Positions 37,765-49,774 of a DNA stretch of 64,000 bases are shown one piece after another. The notes below the pieces were generated by a model that did no database searches, was not told the DNA's origin, and saw only the letters and a list, made by a program, of their open reading frames with translations. The first letter of the stretch is position 1, and each line of letters begins with the position of its first letter. Location of the stretch: contig NC_057720.1 in NCBI RefSeq assembly GCF_004010195.1, positions 31,400,082-31,464,081 of the forward strand, in the 5' to 3' direction. This stretch comes from Chiloscyllium plagiosum. Lineage: Eukaryota. The translations under genes were made by a program, and so were the position numbers.

Positions 37765-37960
37765 TAATCAACCTGTTCGGATGTGCTATGACACATCTTT
37801 GAAGCAGCTGGGACTTGAACACAGGTTTTCTGGCTCATGCACAACAGCTACTTGAATCAAGCTGTTCAGAGATGTTACTAAATACCACAGAAATACATGG
37901 GACTTGAAGGTGAGTCTCCTGGCTCTGAGGTAAGGACATTACCACTATAGCACAAGTATG
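37765..37960 (-). mobile_element. Degenerate tRNA-derived SINE head(s)
   Basis: Minus strand TAGTGGTAATGTCC...TTCAAGTCCC (A/B-box-like), apparently duplicated. Confidence 0.45.
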
Positions 37961-38796
37961 CTTGTACAGCAGAGTTTAGTTGAAACTATAAAAGGAAAAA
38001 CAGCTGAACTCAATTTTAAGATTGATTTTCGTGGTCATTATATTGATTCCATTTGTTCTTCCTGGAAATATTTCCAAGCAATTTTTATTTAAGTTGATTT
38101 ACAAAATAAATCTTCAATTATTGATGTCTTCAATTCAGTTGATCATTAATAATAATTAATGTCCTCAATCTAGTTGGTCAACCCACTTGGGTTATCATGG
38201 AGCAACATGTGATATGAAACCACCTTTGTTATAAGTGCATAAAATGCACCACCTGTTGTGTAATGTCTCACAGTTAGTCTTCACAGCATATCTTCAAGAA
38301 ACATGTTCAAAATATGAGTAACTGAATTATAAAGATCTTGTGTGCTAAGACAGCAATGTGGGCTACACAGAAGCTGACAGCCTGTCAGTCAACACTGAAG
38401 TCAGTCAATATAAACCACCAAAGCAATGTGAAGTAGATAGAGCTGGTAGCTAAAGGTAGTGAGCATTAAGGAATTCAGCTAAAAGCTTGAACATGTGGTA
38501 GTCCATTTTTAAAAGCAACCATACAAGAAGCATGGGTGTCCCTGTGCACAAAGCAACCTGATGAAAGCATTCAAACCATAGGTGTCCCTGAGCTCTAAAG
38601 TAAAGTGCAGAAAGTCTGAAGTGGTGGTTGGATTTTCCTGTAAACCCAAGGGCAGGGATGATGATTTGGTGAGGCTAGGGATTGGCTGATGCCATCTTCA
38701 TTGGACAAACTGTTGAGGAAGATGGTGACTTTGGAGCCGACAGGAAGATGGTTGTGAAGAAACAGTTACATGATGGAGTCCAGAACTAGAGGACAT

Positions 38797-38989
38797 AGGG
38801 GCGGCATGCTGGCTCAGTGGTTAGCACTGCTGCCTCACAGTGCCAGGGACCCGAGTTTGATTCCAGCCTCAGGCAACTGCCTGTGTGGAGTTTTCACAAT
38901 CTCTCCGTGCCTGTGTGGGTTTCCTCTGGCTGCTCCGGTTTCCTCCCCCAGTCCAAAGATGTGTAGGTTACGTGAATTGGCCTTGCTAG
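38797..38989 (+). mobile_element. HE1-type V-SINE 5' part, cut by the LTR
   Basis: GGGCGGCATGCTGGCTCAGTGGTTAGCACTGCT head and V-domain. Confidence 0.85.
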
Positions 38990-39580
38990 TGTTATGAAGA
39001 TGTGGGTGTACTATACCTTTAAGAGAGTTAAAAGCAACACAACTACCTGACAGAACCAAGTGTTCTGAAAAAAATACATTTAGTCGAACAACTTGACTAG
39101 CTGGTTGCCTGGAAATGACAAAACAGATTCGAATTAGGCCGATCAGTTTAAATTATACATCAAAAAATACCAAACTCCAATCCAGTTTGAACTGAGTATA
39201 TTGACAATCTTAAAAGCCAATGACACAATCTGATGCTTCGGGGGCATAAGACTGGGGTAAATTGAACAGTTGAGAGGAGAACTGCCACCAACATGTAGAA
39301 AAGACTGTCCGAAAAATAGCTCTCTTAAAAGGTATCTTTATTAATCAGTAATCTCTGAAGCAGAATCTGCAAGAAGAAGAAAAGCAGACAGGAATTCAAA
39401 GAAAACTTAAAGCTGCCTGGTTTTGAGATAAGAAGTTTTGTTTTGTAAATCTTAACTGGGGGTTTTATCGGACTGGTATTGTAGATGGAAAAGTAAAAGA
39501 TAGGTTAGAGGAAGGAATTGTAAATAGTTGTTAGCTAATTATTCTCTGTTATACTTTAAGAAATAAAGTTGTTAATTTGT

Positions 39581-40263
39581 TCAAAGTTTGTGAGAAGATT
39601 TGTAGCTCGGGTTCTCGTTGCTGTGGTTCTGTTCGCCTAGCTGGAAGTTTTGGTTGCAAACGTTTCGTCCCCTGTCGAGGTGACATCCTCAGTGCTTGGG
39701 AGCCTCCTGTGAAGCGCTTCTGTGGTGTTTCCTCCGGCATTTATAGTGGCCTGTCCCTGCCGCTTCCGGTTGTCAGTTTCAGCTGTCCGCTGTAGTGGCC
39801 GGTATATTGGGTCCAGGTTGTTGTGTTTGTTGATGGAGTTTGTGGGTGAGTGCCATGCTTCTAGGAATTCCCTGGCTGTTCTTTGTTTGGCTTGCCCTAT
39901 AATGGTAGTGTTGTCCCAGTCAAATTCATGTTGCTTGTCGTCTGCGTGTGTGCATGAATTTGACTGGGACAACACTACCATTATAGGGCAAGCCAAACAA
40001 AGAACAGCCAGGGAATTCCTAGAAGCATGGCACTCACCCACAAACTCCATCAACAAACACATCGACCTGGACCCAATATACTGGCCACTACAGCGGACAG
40101 CTGAAACTGACAACCGGAAGCGGCAGGGACAGGCCACTATAAATGCCGGAGGAAACACCACAGAAGCGCTTCACAGGAGGCTCCCAAGCACTGAGGATGT
40201 CACCTAGACAGGGGACGAAACGTTTGCAACAAAAACTTCCAGCTCGGCGAACAGAACCACAGC
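39581..40263. mobile_element. Palindromic Penelope-like insertion (GIY-YIG C-terminus plus pLTR on both strands)
   Basis: 13 bp TSD GTTGTTAATTTGT (39568-39580, 40264-40276); HEFDWDNTTII..REFLEAWH..SINKHIDLDPIY; arms 39620-39930 and 39953-40263. Confidence 0.92.
40188..40227 (+). ncRNA. Minimal hammerhead ribozyme motif (mirror copy at 39656-39695, minus strand)
   Basis: GCA-CUGAGGA-U-GUCACCU-AGAC-AGGGGAC-GAAA-CG-UU-UGC: stem I GCA/UGC, 7 bp stem II with one mismatch, palindromic ACGU stem III. Confidence 0.7.
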
Positions 40264-41164
40264 GTTGTTAATTTGTACTTCAACTAGTTCTTGGTCTATC
40301 GAATTTTCACAGATTACTGCACGGGATAAATCTTTTCTGTGTTGCTGGTTTTAAATTAGCAGAGGGGTTTAACCCTTGTCATGTGGAATCATGTCAACAA
40401 ATGTAGTATAGATATATTTCTCAATGCTTTATTACTGTAGAAATACATTGCAGAACCAATGGAAATAAAGCTGTTTTATATCTAGCATTGTATGATAGGA
40501 CAGGTTTAAATAGTGATCTCATGGTAAGAGATCTGTGGGAAACTAATGGTTAAAATAAACCAAATTACATTAAGTTGAAAGCAACATACTCCAGTCATAA
40601 ACTAGAATTTTAAACTTTAACAAAACCAATTACATAAATCTGAGAGAAGTGACTAAAATTGGCTGTGTAAGTAGACTTTAAAAGTTGGCTTTAAATAAAC
40701 AGTGGAAAACATTAAAAGAAAGAACTCAAAATGTTTAACATACAGATTCTGAGCTGGCTGGCCAGAACCCACGTGCTGTGCACATGTAAATAAAGTGTGA
40801 CTTGGTGACAGGGTATCAACCTCTGTGCAGATATTTCAGAAGGGGAATCGAAATTAGCGGGCATAGTTGTAAGGTGAGAGGGAAAAGATTTAAAAGAGAT
40901 CTGAGGGGCAGCTTTTTCACACAGAGAGTAATGTGTATGTGGGCTAGGTTGTCAGCAGAAGTGGTATAGGCAGATACAACTGCAACATTTAAAAGACATT
41001 TGGATACGTACATGGAGAGGAAATGTTTAGAGGACTACAGGCCAAACACAGGAAAATGGGACTAGTTCAGTTTAGGAAACCTGATCAGCATGAATGTGTT
41101 GGGCCGAAGGGTCTGTTTCCATGCTTTATGACTCTGTAAGTCTATAAGTCTACATAGATTCCAT

Positions 41165-41300
41165 TCTGAAGAAGAGTAATATTGAACTCAGCACTTTAAC
41201 ATCCTGCTTTTCTTGCCACAGATACTGTGAGACTTGCTGAGGTTTTCCAGCATTTTCTCTTTTCATATCAGATTTCCAGCATCTGCAGTATTTTTGTTTC
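41165..41300 (+). mobile_element. Old degenerate PLE pLTR; similar relics at 54600-54760 and 61720-61895
   Basis: CTGAAGAAG...CCAGCATCTGCAG layout as in the younger mini-elements. Confidence 0.55.
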
Positions 41301-42559
41301 TGTGTCATTTTTGATGCTGTGTCAGCTTTGAAAATATTGTTGGTAAGCTTTTGTTAGTTTTTATTTAGGTTAGCATGTGTCATTAGACCATTCAGACTGT
41401 GAAGTTCATAAATCTTTTCACTGAATTGGTTGAACACCTTGTAACTCATCACCTGCCTTCCATGACTTCATCAGAATAATTAAATTGAATAAATGACTTC
41501 TAACTACCTATTATTCTCTGTTTATCTATCTGTCATTTCACTGAATTTGTTCAAGATAGATGAAACATTTTGTAAATCTCACTGAGAGACGAATACACAT
41601 TCATGTACACACAAGGAGCCGGGCGCATCTGCTTTACAGTCCAAGCATTTTAAGGCATTGCTAATTTGCTGAACCAGGTCAAGCAGATGTATGTTTCCAA
41701 AGTCTGTTGTGCAGATGTTAATACTACTGCCCCTCCGACAGTAAATATGATGGTATTTTATTCAGTTCTCCCAGAATATTCAGGAAATATAAAAGCTGGC
41801 TCCTCTTACTCTTCACCAACACTATAATCAAGATCTCCCATAATAAGCCTCATGTGCTGGGGTGAATTATCTGATCTGTTACAGCAGCAATATCTGCAAC
41901 TAATTAACCCAAGACTTCTATTAATATAGAATAAAGAAAGGAAGCAACTGAGAAGGAAGAAATAATGTCTTCCATTCTCTGTCGAGCAAAAATCCCTTTG
42001 GTGTCCCTTCACAGCCTTTGGAACCTCTCCTTAAGAACATATTAATATGTACGAATACAAATCAATCCAATTTCTCCCACAGTCAAAAACATTAAAATGT
42101 TAGAACTACGAATGTACATTCAATCTCTGTTTCAATATACAATCCATAGTATTACTGTAATAGAACCTAATCTGGCTATTTTCCATCTCTTCTCCACCCA
42201 AATGATTATCCTTCTGCTTCCTGCTAAACCAGTAAATTAATACTTTTCTTTTGAATACTTTAAATGATTCTGAATTTAAACACTAAGTAGTGCACTTTAA
42301 ACAACGATGACTGAGGCAGCATACCACCCCTGGATGACTTAGTTGGTGAATCATTTTATGGAGGCGTGGGTTGCCCACCCACATTGGACCAATTAATGAC
42401 CATTAAAATACTTTATCCAACACCACCAAATATTTCCACAGGACGTGTGGAGTCTGGCACCATGTGAGAATCCCAGGGGCTTTCATTGTTCAGGCTGTTG
42501 TGGGCCAATGGCATACTTTCTTTAGCGCCCACCAGGCCCACCATACTGCCCTGTGTAAA

Positions 42560-43079
42560 CAAGCAGAAGTTTCACCTGCAAATCCACTAAGGTCATTTAT
42601 TGTATCCGTTGCTCTCAATGCGGTCTCCTCTACAGTGGAGAGACTGGATGCCTCCTGGCAGAGCGCTTCAGGGAACATCTCTGGGACACCTGCACCAATC
42701 AACCCCACCACCCCGTGACCCAACATTTCAGCTCCCCCTCCCACTCTGCCGAGGACATGCAGGTCCTAGACCTTCTTCAGCACCGCTCCTTCACCACCTG
42801 ACGCCTGGAGGAAGAACCGCCTCATCTTCCGCCTTGGAACACTTCAACTCCAGGGCATCAATGTGGACTTCACCAGTTTCCTCATTTTCCCTCCCCCCAC
42901 CTTACGCCAGTTCCAACCTTCCAGTTCAGCACCATCCTCATGACCTGTCCTACCTGCCAATCTCCCTTCCCACCTATTTGTTTTCCTGCTCCTCGGATGC
43001 TGCCTAACCTGCTGTGCTTTTCCAGCACCACTCTGATCTAAGCTCTGGTTTACAGCATCTGCAGTCCTCACTTTTGCCT
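42560..43079 (+). mobile_element. Penelope-like 3' fragment: GIY-YIG endonuclease followed by pLTR
   Basis: FTCKSTKVIYCIRCSQCGLLYSGETGCLLAERFREH...RLIFRLGTLQLQGINVDF; ends in the same GGATGCTGCC...CAGCATCTGCAGTCCTCACTTT sequence as the mini-elements. Confidence 0.88.
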
Positions 43080-43329
43080 AGGAGGCTGGAAGAACACAGC
43101 AAGTAGGCAGCATCAGGAAGTGGAGAAGTCAATGTTTTGAAAATAATCTTTCTTCAGGAATGGAGGTGGGGGCAGAAGCAACTGAGGGTACTTCAGTTCA
43201 TTCACAAGACTGAGAGGTTGATAAATTTCAGGTTTCAAGATGTGATCATACCACAGCTTCAGGAAATTGAACACAGAGAGGGAATGGGTGAGTGCCAGAC
43301 ATAAAAAGGGGAACCAGACAGATAGTGAC

Positions 43330-44859
43330 AAATTCCTCGAATGCATCCCACTGACAAATAGTTTTACATCCTTATAAAACAATGAGAGTGACAGCTGTTC
43401 TGTGGAAGCCAAGGTCATGGCATTGTGGATGGTTCAGCTGTTCAGTGATGGGGAAGAAGTGTGACAGGGCAGTAGTGGTAGTGGATTAATTAGTGAGGAG
43501 TGTACATAGACACTCCTGCGGTTGGATACATGACTCTCTGACTGAATAAATGTCTCTTCATTTCTGTTCTAAATTGACCCCCTCTAATTCTAAGGGTGTG
43601 CCCATGGGTCCTATTCTCCCTGCCTAAAGAAAGCAATTTCCCAGAGTCCACCCTTTCAAAGCCATACATTATCATGTAAGTTTCTACTAGATCTCCCCTC
43701 AACTATCTTCTTTGAGATAGTGACCATAATTCAGTTAGATTTTTGGATAGTTATAGAAAAAGTTGAGGAGGTATCAAGAATAGAAAAGGTTAAGGAGGTA
43801 TCAAGAATAGAAAATTTCTAAACAGGGGAAAGACAATTTTACTAAGAAGAGGTACAGTTTGGCCCAGTGGACAGGGAGCTGCTACTTGCAGACAACTTTG
43901 TCAGAGTGGGAGGCATTCAAGGGGGAAGTTAACAAGAGGAAAGAGCAAATATATTCCTGTAAAGGCAAAGCATGGGACAAAGACCAGAGAACCCTTGATT
44001 TCAGGGGATATTAAAGATTAAGAAATAAAAGAGAAGCTTAAGTCAGATACTGAGGATGCTATATGGTAGAGTCCCTATAGGAGTATAAAAAATGTAGGCA
44101 TGGAACTTAAAATAAAATTAGTGGGTAGATTCAAGGAAAACTCAAAGAAGCTTTTTATATATCTAAAGAGGAAGACAATAACAAGGGAAACAGTAAGGCC
44201 CATTATGAACCACATAGGTAATCGATGTCTGGATCCAGAAGATGGTTCTCAATGAATAATTTGTGTCAATCTTCACAATGAAAGAGGTTGACACAGATAT
44301 AGACATCAGGATGGAGGACTGTGAAATATGAGTAGAAATTAATTTTAAGATCGAGAAGGCATTCACAGGTTAGAAGTCTTAGAAGTAGATAAATCAGCTT
44401 CCCTCTTCCCAGACTGTTGTGGTAGGCAATAGAGGGCATGTCAAGGGCTCTGACAGTAAATTCAAAGGTGAGGTGCCAGACCCGGAGGATTGCTAATGCT
44501 GTCCTTTTATGAAAAAATGGTGGAAGGAATACACCAGAAAATTACAGGCCTATCAGGCTAATCTCAGTGGTGAGAAGTTATTAGAAAGAATTCTGAGGGA
44601 CTGAATATATCTGCCCTTGGAGAGACATAGATTATTCAGCAAAAATTTGTTAAGGTGAGGTCCTGTTCATTAAATTTGATCAAATTTTCTGAAGAGGAAA
44701 TCAGGAGTGTAGATGAGAGTATTGTATTTGATGTAGTCTACATGGACATCAGCAAAGTATTTGATAATGTCCTTCATGACAGACTGGTCAAGGAAATATG
44801 AACTCAGTAGATGTCAGGCAAAGTTGTGCATTGAAACCAAATTAGTTCAGAGACAAGAA
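43330..44859 (+). mobile_element. Old, heavily decayed CR1 with an inverted CR1 piece at 43520-43705
   Basis: Decayed ORF1 and RT motifs (NYRPI, VYMD.SK.FD). Confidence 0.7.
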
Positions 44860-47800
44860 ATAAGACCATAAGACCATAAAACATAGGAGTGGAATTAAGG
44901 CCATTCGGCCCATCGAGTCCATCCCACCATTTAATCACGGCTGATGGGCATTTCAACTCCACTTACCCGCACTCTCCCTGTTACCGTTAATTCTTTGCAA
45001 GATCAAGAATTTATCAAACTCTGCCTTGAAGACATTTAAAGTCCCAACCTCCACTGTGCTCCATGGCAATGAATTCCACAAGCCCACCGGCTGAAGCAAT
45101 GTCTCCTTGTTTCTAAATTGACTTCCTCTAATTCTAAGGCTGTGCCCACAGCTCCTAGTCTCCCTGCCTAATAGAAACAACTTCTCAGCATCCACCCGTT
45201 TTAAGCGATGCATTATCTTCTAAGTTTCTATTAGATCTCCCCTCAACCTTCTAAACTCTAATGAATACAATCCTAGGATCCTCAGCCATTTATCATATGT
45301 TAGGTCTACCATTCCAGGGATCATCCGTGTGAATCTCCGCTGTACATGCTCCAGTGCTAGTATGTCCTTCCTGAGGTGTGGGGCCCAAGATTGGGCACAG
45401 TATTCTAAATGGGGCCTAACTAGAGCAATACAACATCTCAGAAGCACATCGTTGTTTCTATATTCCAACCCTCTTGAGATAAATGACAACATTACATTCA
45501 CTTTCTTAATCACGGAATCAACCTGCAAGTTAACCTTTAGAGAATCTTGTACTACCACTCCCAGATCCCTTTGTACTTTGGCTTTATGAATTTACTCACT
45601 GTTTAGAAAATAGTCCATGCCTGAATTCTTTTTTTCAAAGTGCAAGACCTCGCATTTGCTCACATTGAATTTCATCAGCCATTTCCTGGGCCACTCTACT
45701 AAACTGTCTAAGTCTTTCTGCAGCTTCCCACTTCCTCAGTATTACCTGCCTGTCCACCTAACATTGTATCATTGCAAACTTCACTAGAATGCCCCTCAGT
45801 ACCTTCATCCAGGTCATTAATATATAAAGTGGACAGCTGCTGCCCCAACACGGAACCCTGCAGACACCACTTGTCACCAGTTGCCAGTCTGAAAAAGAAC
45901 CTTTTATCCCAACATTCTGCCTTCTGTTAGCCAGCCAATCCTCAACCCATGCCAGTAGCTCACCTCGAAAACCATGAGTCCTCACCTTACTCAGCAGCCT
46001 CCCGTGAGGCAAGTTATCAAAGGCCTTTTGGAAGTCTAGATAGATAACATCCACTGGGTTTCCCTGGTCTAACCTACTTGTTACTTCTTCAAAGAATTCT
46101 AACAGGTTTGACAGGAATGACCTCCCCTTACGAAATCCAAGCTGACTTATTCTAATCCAACCTTGCACTTCCAAGAATTTAGAAATCACATCCTTAATGA
46201 TGGATTCTAGAATTTTACCAACAACCAAGATTAGGCTTATCGGCCTATAATTTTCCATCTTTTGTCTTAATCCTTTCTTGAACAAGGGGGTTACAACAGT
46301 GATTTTACAGTCATCTGGACTTTCTCTGACTCTAGTGACTTTTGAAAGATCACAACCAACATCTCTGCTTTTTCCTCAGCCACCTCCCTCAGAACTCTAG
46401 GATGTAGCCCATCGGGGCCAGGAGATTTATCAATGTTTACACCTTTTAGCTTTTCTAGCACTTCCTCTTTTGTAGTGGCTACCATACTCAACTCTGCCCC
46501 CTGACTCTCCTTGATTGTTGGGATATTATTCCACTGTGTCTTCCACTGTGAGGACTGATGCAAAGTACTTATTAGGTTCTTCAGCTATTTCCTATCTCCC
46601 GGCACTAGCCTTCCTTCATCAATTTGGAGCAGCCCAATGTGTACTTTTGCCTCTTGTTTGTTTCTTATGTGCTGAAAGAAAATTTTACTATCATTTCTAA
46701 TATTACTGGCTAGCTTACCTTCATATTTGATCCCTCCTTCCTTATTTCTCTCTTTGTTATCCTTTGTTTGTTTATGTAGTCTTCCCAATCTTCTGATTTC
46801 CCAATGCTCTTGGCCACCTTATAGGCTCTCTCTTTTTCTTTGATACATTTCCTGACTTCCTTTGTCAGCCATGGCTGTATAATCCCCCCCAGATAATTTT
46901 TCTTTTCTTTGGCATGAATCTGTGTCCTGTGTCCTCAATTACACCCAGAAACCCCTGCCATTGTTGCTCTACTGTCTTCCCCACTAGGCTCTGCTTCCAG
47001 TTGATTTTCGCCAGTTCCTCTCTCATGCCCCTGCAATTACCTTTATTTAACTGTAACACGGTTACATTTGATTTTGCCTTCTGTCTTTCAAACTGCAGAC
47101 TGAACTCTACCATATTATGATCGCTGCCTCCTAAGTGTTCCCTTACTTTAAAATCTTTTATAAAGTCTGGCTCATTATATATCACTAAGTCTAGAATAGC
47201 CTGCTCCCTGTGGGCTCCATCACAAGCTGTTCCAAAAAGCCATCCTGTAAACATTCCATGAATTCCCTTTCTTTGGATCCACTGGCAACATTATTCACCC
47301 AGTCCACCTGCATATTGAAGTCCCACATGATCACCGTGACCTTGCCTTTCTGACATGCCCTATCTATTTCCTGGTACATCTTGCGCCCCTGGTCCTGACC
47401 ACTGTTAGGAGGTCTGTACATAACTCCTATTAGGGGTTTTTCATCTTTGTGGTTCCTCAACTCCACCCACACAGACTCCACATCATCTGACCCTGTCATT
47501 CAGTGCCATAGATTTAATTTCATTCTTAACTAATAAGGCAACCCCACCCCCTCTGCCTACCTCCCTGTCTTTTCGATAAGTTGTAAATCCTTGGATGTTT
47601 AACTGCCAGTCCTGAGCCCCCTGCATCCATGTCTCTGTGATGCCTACCACATCATAATCATTCATGATGATTTGTGCCGTTAATTCAACTACTTTGTTAC
47701 GAATACTATGAGCATTCAGGTAAAGCGCCTTAATGCTAATTTTCTTTTCCTCATGATTTCCAACATCTCTAGTAATTTGTCCTAAGTTATCTTTCCTTTT

Positions 47801-48890
47801 TGCTTCATTCCTAGACTGCCTTGAACTTGAACCCTGCACACATGCTAACCTGCTGCTTATCTTTCTACTTGACTCCATACTCCCTGTCGCTTTTGCTTTC
47901 CCTCCCCCTTGACTCACAAGTTTAAAGTCCCTGTGACCACCCTATTTATCCTTTTTGTTAGAACACTGGTTCCAGATCAGTTCAGGTGGAGACCGTCCCA
48001 TCGGTACAGATCACCCCGGTTCCAAAACTGATGCCAGTGTCCCATGAAATGGAATCCCTCTTTCCCAAACTAAATCTTTTAGCCACATGTTTACTTCCCT
48101 AATTTTCTTATCCCTATGCCAATTAGTAGGTGGCTCAGGCAGTAATCCAGAGATTATGGTCCTCGAGGACCTGTTCTTCAATTTCCTTCCTAGTGCTTGA
48201 TAATCCCCAAACAGATCCTCCACCCTAGCCTTGGCTATGTTGTTAATGCCAACGTGGACCACAACAACTGGATCATCCCCCTCCCACCCCAATATCCTTT
48301 CAAGCCGATTGGAGATGTTCTGCACCCTGGTACTGGGCAGGCAACACACCAGGTGGGACTCCCGATCCGGCTTGCAAAAGATTCTATCTGTCCCCCTAAT
48401 TATAGAATCCCCTATAACAACTACTTGTCTTTTTGCTCCCCCCTGTTGAATGGCTTTCTGCACCATGGTGCTGTGGTCAGATGGCTCATCCTGTCCACAG
48501 CCCTTTTCCTCATCCATACAGGGAGCAAAAATCTCACACCTGTTGGACAAGGTCGAGGGCTGAGGCTCCTGCACTCCTGAACTCAGAATCCCCCCACCTG
48601 CCTCACTTACAGTCACACCCTGTTATTTCTGATCACTGGCTGAATTTAAATTACTTAATCTACCAGGTGTGACTGCCTTCTGAAACAAAGCGTCCAGATA
48701 ATTCTCCCCCTCCCGGATGTGTCACAGAGTTTGAAGGTCAGATTCCGGATCATCAGTTCTGATCCGGAGTTCTTCCAGCAACCAACACTTGCTGCAGATG
48801 TGGTCACTGCCGTTCACAATGGGGATCAGCCAGCTCCCACATCATACAGCTACAGCACATCACCTGCCCAGCCATCTCTAGTTATTTAAT
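44860..48890 (-). mobile_element. Near full-length CR1 LINE of a different subfamily, (GGTCTTAT)n tail
   Basis: ORF1 ATG at 48875 (MAGQVMCCSCMMWE), VVIGDSIIRG/VHVGINNI esterase; YLNAHSI, GITETW, KSPGPDGLHP, NYRPISL, DFQKAFD. Confidence 0.92.
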
Positions 48891-48934
48891 TATTGCTGGG
48901 AAATATCGAAGTTCCCAGGCGAGAAGTCCGCAGG

Positions 48935-49150
48935 GTCCTAGAGACATCTTTCCCACACAACAATACTGCGGGAGTCCATCATGTCCTAGAGACACCCGGT
49001 CCCAGCAAACATTACTGAGTGAGTCTGCAGAGTCTTAGTGACACTCCATCCTGGGTAACATTACTGAGGAAATCCGCCGGGTCCTAAAGACACCCGGTCT
49101 CTGCAAATATAACTGAGGGAGTCTGCTGGGACCTAGAGATATCCTTTCCA
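48935..49150. repeat. Minisatellite of about 4.5 units of 48-49 bp
   Basis: GTCCTAGAGAC-like anchors at 48935, 48983, 49032, 49081 and 49130. Confidence 0.85.
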
Positions 49151-49154
49151 TTTT

Positions 49155-49390
49155 TACAGAGCAGCGAGGAGAGAGGGCAGAGAGAAGTGAGGGCTGCTGG
49201 GAAGAGATAGCGTGAGAACTGTTTTTAAACGAGCAGCAGAGGGAGACACCACAGTGAGGAGCAGAGGGCTGCCAGGTATATATTTGGGTAGCAGCTGAAT
49301 CCTGAGACACTACATGTGCAGTGTCTCCAACACGCACTCCTTCTCTAATCAAAAAAAGGACTCTCGTGTGTTGCTAAGGTAAGGCATATC
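49155..49390 (+). mobile_element. CR1 5'UTR-like fragment
   Basis: Homologous to 2810-2895: palindrome, pyrimidine tract, A-run, GGACTC, GGTAAG. Confidence 0.65.
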
Positions 49391-49774
49391 AATTGATATT
49401 TCTTGTGTATTGTGTAATTGATTAAAGGTCTACTGTTAGTTGGTTTGTTAAATAAGACCATAGAGAAGTAATGGAAATTATTTCACACAATTTGTATAAA
49501 TTAATTAAATAAGTAGAGAGATAAAGGGTATGGTAGATGGATATTTCTGTGATTGCAAGTGGCTTGTTGCTAGGGTCCTTGCTATTTATGGTGGAGCATT
49601 AATTATTTGGTCATAAATATAGGGCTATCATCAAGAGATTCACAGATGACAAGAAAATTGATAGAGTGGCAAATTCTGAGGAGGATACTTGTAAACTGCT
49701 GGAATAAATCAATGAAATGGTCAGGTGGGCATTCAAATGGAATACAACTCAGAACAATGTTAGGTAATGTACTT

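Larger units (their letters stand above)
38990..40384 (+). mobile_element. Solo LTR interrupted by a palindromic PLE
   Basis: Starts TGTTATGAAGATG; shares both termini with 2203-9843; AATAAA near 39562. Confidence 0.7.

Noticed and set aside
39637..40207. Two 160-175 aa ORFs on opposite strands as genes
   Set aside because: Mirror products of the palindrome; only a GIY-YIG C-terminal fragment is meaningful.
43753..43816. 27 bp tandem duplication
   Set aside because: Ordinary slippage inside a decayed CR1.
48935..49150. CRISPR-like array
   Set aside because: The would-be spacers are homologous to each other, the repeats are degenerate, the context is eukaryotic and there are no cas genes.
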